This document shows positions 60,448 to 64,000 of a stretch of 64,000 nucleotides of DNA, in pieces. The stretch lies in the IMG/VR virus record IMGVR_UViG_3300037418_001469. One strand, written 5' to 3'. Under the pieces are notes generated by a model. It was not told the DNA's origin, made no database searches, and saw only the letters and a program-made list of their open reading frames with translations. This stretch comes from a virus. Every line of letters begins with the position of its first letter. Within the stretch, counting starts at the first letter, position 1. The translations under genes were made by a program, and so were the position numbers.

Positions 60448-60562
60448 TAGACACTTACAGCAATCAATCCTACAGGCACTTTAGGTTGGAGGTTAAAATC
60501 CTTCATGACTGAATCAGTCATTAGCTCAAATGTTAGAGCAAAAGTTTTGGATGATGTGTCTA
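60448..60562 (+). ncRNA. ACAGCAA-family RNA 5 with circularly permuted tRNA module (YrlA-like)
   Basis: TAGACAC/GTGTCTA stem; order is T arm, closed stem ATGACT/AGTCAT, then D arm TAGCTCAAATGTTAGAGC. Confidence 0.7.
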
Positions 60563-60568
60563 GATAAA

Positions 60569-60640
60569 CACTCTATAGTATAACGGTTAGTACATGGCTC
60601 TCATAAGGCTATGGTGGAAGTTCGATTCTTCCTAGAGTGA
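60569..60640 (+). tRNA. tRNA-Met/Ile (CAT)
   Basis: CACTCTA/TAGAGTG acceptor, loop CTCATAA, GTTCGATT. Confidence 0.75.
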
Positions 60641-60642
60641 TA

Positions 60643-60715
60643 TGCGGTGAGGACAAATGGTAAGTCACTAGTCTCATAAGCTAGAGATAGTTGGTTCGAT
60701 TCCAACCACTCGCAA
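60643..60715 (+). tRNA. tRNA-Met (CAT), bulged acceptor stem
   Basis: CTAGT-CTCATAA-GCTAG; GTTGG-TTCGATT-CCAAC. Confidence 0.7.
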
Positions 60716-60828
60716 TTGTAGGGTTGTAAGAGGTGAAAGTCCTCTACCCTTCACAAAACGTGTTGGTGGCGATTCTTAGGCTACTAGGTTGACAACCTTG
60801 TACGGTATACAGTGCAGAATAGTTGTTC

Positions 60829-60899
60829 GCTCTTATAGTATAATGGTATTACAGTTGACTTGTAATCATCTGATGGCAGTTCGATTCTGTCTAGGAGCA
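60829..60899 (+). tRNA. tRNA-Thr (TGT)
   Basis: GCTCTTA/TAGGAGC, loop CTTGTAA. Confidence 0.85.
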
Positions 60900-60915
60900 T
60901 CTTCGCCCATACGTA

Positions 60916-61224
60916 TCGTGTGAGTGACAGAGACTATACTACCGTCCGTACCCCCTGTATCGGGTCGATAATTGAAAACGGACAACCGCAATATCCAATA
61001 AGACCTAATCTAAGGCGATACACCTGACATGAGCACAGTAAAGGTTGAGGATAGAGGCAAGCTAGGTTGGTTTTTGGTATGAGCCTAGCATTTCTAATTG
61101 GTGTTGCACTACCTTATCTCAAATGTGCCCTATACAGATAGGAGGTCGTGCTCCTTATAATTAACCTGATAGATGGATGCTCTGCTCCCCATCGGCAAAG
61201 TTGGCAGGCAACGTTAAAACACGA
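60916..61224 (+). ncRNA. large structured RNA, family unknown
   Basis: TCGTGT/ACACGA closing stem; GTCCGT/ACGGAC, GAGCAC/GTGCTC, GCTAGG/CCTAGC; no ORF. Confidence 0.5.
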
Positions 61225-61232
61225 AATATCAA

Positions 61233-61303
61233 TGGGGTGTGGTATAATGGTAACACCTACGGTTTGGGACCGTATGTTGCGAGTTCGATTCTCGCCACTC
61301 CAA
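61233..61303 (+). tRNA. tRNA-Pro (TGG)
   Basis: TACGG-TTTGGGA-CCGTA; T arm GCGAG-TTCGATT-CTCGC. Confidence 0.85.
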
Positions 61304-61347
61304 TAAGTCTTTTATCATCTGTGCTTCACAAAACGTGAGGTGATAAA

Positions 61348-61779
61348 ATGACAAAGAAAATTGAATATGATACAAATGAAAAAGGTTGCATGCTAGTAAC
61401 ATCGCATTACAAGTCTAACACAGGTCATGTGCAGTTAAGAAGAGATGGTAAGGTGCAATGGTTACATAGATATGTTTACGAGCAAGAATTTGGAGAGATT
61501 CCAGAAGGAATGGTTGTAAGACATAAATGTGACAACCCATCGTGTATGAATATTGACCATTTAGAATTAGGAACCCATGTTGATAATGTCAATGATAGAG
61601 TGAAACGTAGAAGGTCTGCAACAGGAACTTCAAATGGTCGCTCTAAATTAACAGAAGAACAAGCTAGGTTTATCAAACACGACAATGAGTACTCTAATGC
61701 AGAGTTATCTAGAATGTTTAATATTAATGCCAAAGTTATTTATGAAATAAAACGAAATTTAAAATGGAAACATGTATAA
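61348..61779 (+). CDS. HNH homing endonuclease
   Basis: HR.VYE..VVRHKCDNPSCMNIDHLELGTHVDNVND and C-terminal HTH; inserted in tRNA array. Confidence 0.9.
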   Translation: MTKKIEYDTNEKGCMLVTSHYKSNTGHVQLRRDGKVQWLHRYVYEQEFGEIPEGMVVRHKCDNPSCMNIDHLELGTHVDNVNDRVKRRRSATGTSNGRSKLTEEQARFIKHDNEYSNAELSRMFNINAKVIYEIKRNLKWKHV

Positions 61780-61794
61780 GTGTTTCCTTACTTT

Positions 61795-61868
61795 GGACCC
61801 TTAGTTTAATGGTAAAACTCTTGGCTCATAACCGAGGTTCGCTAGTTCGATTCTAGCAGGGTCCACCA
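61795..61868 (+). tRNA. tRNA-Ile2 (CAT, lysidine type) or Met
   Basis: GGACCCT/AGGGTCC-ACCA resembles Bacillus tRNA-Ile2; loop CTCATAA. Confidence 0.85.
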
Positions 61869-61879
61869 AATATTATCAT

Positions 61880-61939
61880 GTCGGGTAGGTCAAACGATAC
61901 TAGTCACTCGTGAGGTGAGATTCCTCCCACTCGGCTCCA
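61880..61939 (+). ncRNA. truncated tRNA-like RNA ending in CCA
   Basis: GTCGGGT/ACTCGGC-TCCA; GAGG-TGAGATT-CCTC T-like arm; 60 nt. Confidence 0.45.
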
Positions 61940-61945
61940 AATTAT

Positions 61946-62016
61946 GTGGAATTAGTATAGCGGTAATACATGTGCTTGCCAAGCATAAATCACGAGTTCG
62001 ACCCTCGTATTCCACA
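61946..62016 (+). tRNA. tRNA-Gly (GCC)
   Basis: TGTGC-TTGCCAA-GCATA. Confidence 0.85.
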
Positions 62017-62025
62017 TCTTATTTT

Positions 62026-62097
62026 GCCCTCTTAATGTAAAGGATAACATGTGTGGTTTCTACCCACGAAATAGGGGTTCGACTCCTCTAGAGGGTG
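62026..62097 (+). tRNA. tRNA-Arg (TCT)
   Basis: TGTGG-TTTCTAC-CCACG. Confidence 0.8.
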
Positions 62098-62102
62098 TTT
62101 AT

Positions 62103-62194
62103 GGAGTGTTGGGTGAGTGGCTAAAACCATCAGTTTGCTAAACTGACGAGGGACAGAAATGCGACCTCCATCCGTTCGAATCGGATACGCTCCT
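62103..62194 (+). tRNA. tRNA-Ser (GCT)
   Basis: TCAGT-TTGCTAA-ACTGA, long variable arm. Confidence 0.85.
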
Positions 62195-62203
62195 TATCCA
62201 TAT

Positions 62204-62274
62204 GTGGTGTTAGTATAGTGGCAATACTCCTGTCTTCCAAACAGGCATCATCAGTTCAAATCTGATACACCACA
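62204..62274 (+). tRNA. tRNA-Gly (TCC)
   Basis: CCTGT-CTTCCAA-ACAGG. Confidence 0.85.
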
Positions 62275-62294
62275 CTTTTATTATGTCTAAACGT

Positions 62295-62370
62295 AGGGAA
62301 TTAGCGTATAGTGGTTAACGCCAGTTAGAGTTATCTCTAGAGTAAGAAGGTTCGATTCCTTCATTCCCCA
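62295..62370 (+). ncRNA. tRNA-like RNA lacking a normal anticodon loop
   Basis: intact acceptor, D and T arms; middle arm TAGAG-TTAT-CTCTA has a 4-nt loop. Confidence 0.6.
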
Positions 62371-62378
62371 AAAACGTT

Positions 62379-62462
62379 ACGGTCAAGGTTTTATGCCTAC
62401 CTACTTAGTATTCTAGAAAAACTTTGCAAGGTGGTCGAAGGGTTCGATTCCTTTCAACCGTT
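62379..62462 (+). ncRNA. T-arm RNA family B, copy 1
   Basis: TCAAGGTTTT.TGCCT..TATTCTAGA.AAACTTT..TGGTCG..GGTTCGATTCCT. Confidence 0.6.
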
Positions 62463-62547
62463 AAAACGTGAGTTATCTGAGGTGTCCATAAATCCTCACT
62501 CAGTCGGTAATTCTGTTGATGTAAGTCCAACAGAGGTTGCGACAAAC

Positions 62548-62634
62548 GTGCGTTCAAGGTTTTTGCCTGTCTTATTGGACTTATTCTAGATAAACTTTAA
62601 GATGGTCGGTAGGTTCGATTCCTACCAATCGTAC
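62548..62634 (+). ncRNA. T-arm RNA family B, copy 2
   Basis: same motif blocks as 62379-62462 with different stems. Confidence 0.6.
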
Positions 62635-62796
62635 AAACGTGCAGAAAGTGTCACATATCTTTAAGGCATATTGCCACTAAGCCCATTAGTAGATATGTAT
62701 GGGAGACACTTAGCATCAACACACCAGTATACACAGCTTAGTCATAGCAACTGCCTTTACAGAATTTAAAAATATATTCTAAAGGAGAATGATAAA

Positions 62797-63084
62797 ATGT
62801 CTTATCCAATTATCTATGAAAAAACTATAGGAAGTCGCCCAACGGCAGTTCCATATCCTAATGATACTGTTGGACAAACAAATGCTATGAAACAAGCAGA
62901 AGATATTGCAAAAAAAGAGTTATTTGATTTATTGATTAACGAGGCTTTTACAGGTAGTAATAAGTTCGCAACCGATGTAACTTTAACAACTGAAATAGTT
63001 ACTGACCTAAATGGAAATAAAACTGTTAAATCTATTGCACAATCAAAAATCTTCAAACGAACAGACATTGTATATCCTGTTTAA
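62797..63084 (+). CDS. hypothetical protein
   Basis: AAGGAG RBS, 95 aa. Confidence 0.65.
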   Translation: MSYPIIYEKTIGSRPTAVPYPNDTVGQTNAMKQAEDIAKKELFDLLINEAFTGSNKFATDVTLTTEIVTDLNGNKTVKSIAQSKIFKRTDIVYPV

Positions 63085-63179
63085 TTAAATAAGGAGAAAG
63101 ATTCGTCTTTCTTCTAACGTGCATGGTTCACACAATCTCATTTTATCGTACCTCCGTGGGAGATTATTCTCCCTCTTAT

Positions 63180-63253
63180 GCGAGTTTAGTTTAAAGGCAG
63201 AACTAAGGTCTCCAAAACCTTCGGTAGGGGTTCGACTCCTCTAACTCGTGCCA
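63180..63253 (+). tRNA. tRNA-Trp (CCA)
   Basis: AAGGT-CTCCAAA-ACCTT; encoded 3' GCCA. Confidence 0.9.
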
Positions 63254-63284
63254 ACGTGATTAACATAATACCAACTCCTTTTTT

Positions 63285-63314
63285 TACTAGGCTTAATTGC
63301 CTAGTATTTTTTTT
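63285..63314 (+). terminator. intrinsic terminator closing the RNA island
   Basis: TACTAGGC/GCCTAGTA followed by T8. Confidence 0.75.
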
Positions 63315-63335
63315 GAATTTTTTTCTAGTTTGTCC

Positions 63336-63365
63336 TTGACTTTACCCTATTCTACCATTTATAAT
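63336..63365 (+). promoter_or_regulatory. early sigmaA promoter
   Basis: TTGACT-18-TATAAT. Confidence 0.65.
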
Positions 63366-63466
63366 ACAATTATAAGATAAAACGTAACCCAAATAACTCC
63401 TGATAAACAAGAGGACACACAGCCATGAGGCAGGACGTTTTATCAATAACGTAGGAGGTTGGTAGA

Positions 63467-64000
63467 ATGAAAAATTGCACTAAACACTTTTTGGAGCGTT
63501 GGACAGAAAGGATTGTCGGAATTAAAACTGACAAAGAAAGAAATGACTACATAACCAGTAACAGACAAATGATTATTGACCATGCCAATACAACTTTTGA
63601 ACATGCAGACTTTATCTACACTGGTCAGATTGGAAATAACACAGTAAAGAACTTCTACATTAAAGATGATATTATCTTTGTCGCTAATACCTCTAATGAT
63701 GCCCTTATCACTGTTTATAAGATTGACCTAGGCTTTACCCCTGAGTTGAATGTAACGGTTCGTAGAGGCTTACTAGAGGAGATTAGAAGGCTTACCGCTG
63801 AACACGAGGAAATCGAACTACAGGCTATGTTAGAGGTCGATAAAAAGTACGAAGAGGCAGATAAAATGGAAGACCAAATTAAAATCATGAAAGAGCAGTT
63901 GTTGCTAATGGAGAAACAAAGAGACTTTGTTAAACAAGAGGCTAACATGCTTAAGTCAAGGTCTTTAAATACTGGACTAGAGTTAAAGAAATTTACTACA
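63467..64000 (+). CDS. hypothetical protein, partial; N-terminal RelE/DUF4258-like pattern followed by coiled coil
   Basis: AGGAGG RBS; MKNCTKHFLERWTERI...LITVYK; open to window end. Confidence 0.7.
   Translation, partial: MKNCTKHFLERWTERIVGIKTDKERNDYITSNRQMIIDHANTTFEHADFIYTGQIGNNTVKNFYIKDDIIFVANTSNDALITVYKIDLGFTPELNVTVRRGLLEEIRRLTAEHEEIELQAMLEVDKKYEEADKMEDQIKIMKEQLLLMEKQRDFVKQEANMLKSRSLNTGLELKKFTT

Noticed and set aside
60926-60940. GACAGAGACTATAC resembles the group I intron R element
   Set aside because: No matching S element (AUAUAGUC) and no interrupted host gene found
50420-63948. Minus-strand ORFs opposite early genes (50420, 54087, 54595, 56355, 57162, 57677, 59054, 61476, 62814, 63715)
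   Set aside because: Shadow ORFs on the non-coding strand of well-supported genes or RNAs

Overview
AT-rich segment of a large tailed phage with siphovirus-type architecture. The host is probably Bacillus-like, based on sigmaA promoters, AGGAGG RBSs and peptidoglycan domains. Bases 1-50150 are a minus-strand late module, transcribed in this order: terminase, portal with a MuF-like tail, protease/scaffold, capsid, head-decoration cluster, neck, tail tube, split tail chaperone, 3459-aa multi-hydrolase tape measure, tail tip and fibres, holin-like genes. Next come a tyrosine recombinase, a phage sigma factor and an S1-domain protein. From about 53300 a plus-strand early/accessory region carries an Apyc1-like anti-Pycsar nuclease, a 42-aa MazE/NdoAI-like antitoxin mimic missed by the ORF track, a 3D-domain protein, and a dense RNA island (57000-63450). 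The main candidate novel system is in that island: a DUF2828/TROVE(Ro60)-like vWA protein flanked by five RNAs that share a covarying terminal stem and an invariant ACAGCAA motif. Two of these RNAs carry tRNA-like modules, one circularly permuted like YrlA. The island also holds 10 tRNAs, several anticodon-less tRNA-like RNAs, two roughly 300-nt structured RNAs and short anti-RBS sequences. Many unit boundaries carry an AACGT motif that may be a processing signal. All family assignments come from motif recognition by eye; no searches were run.
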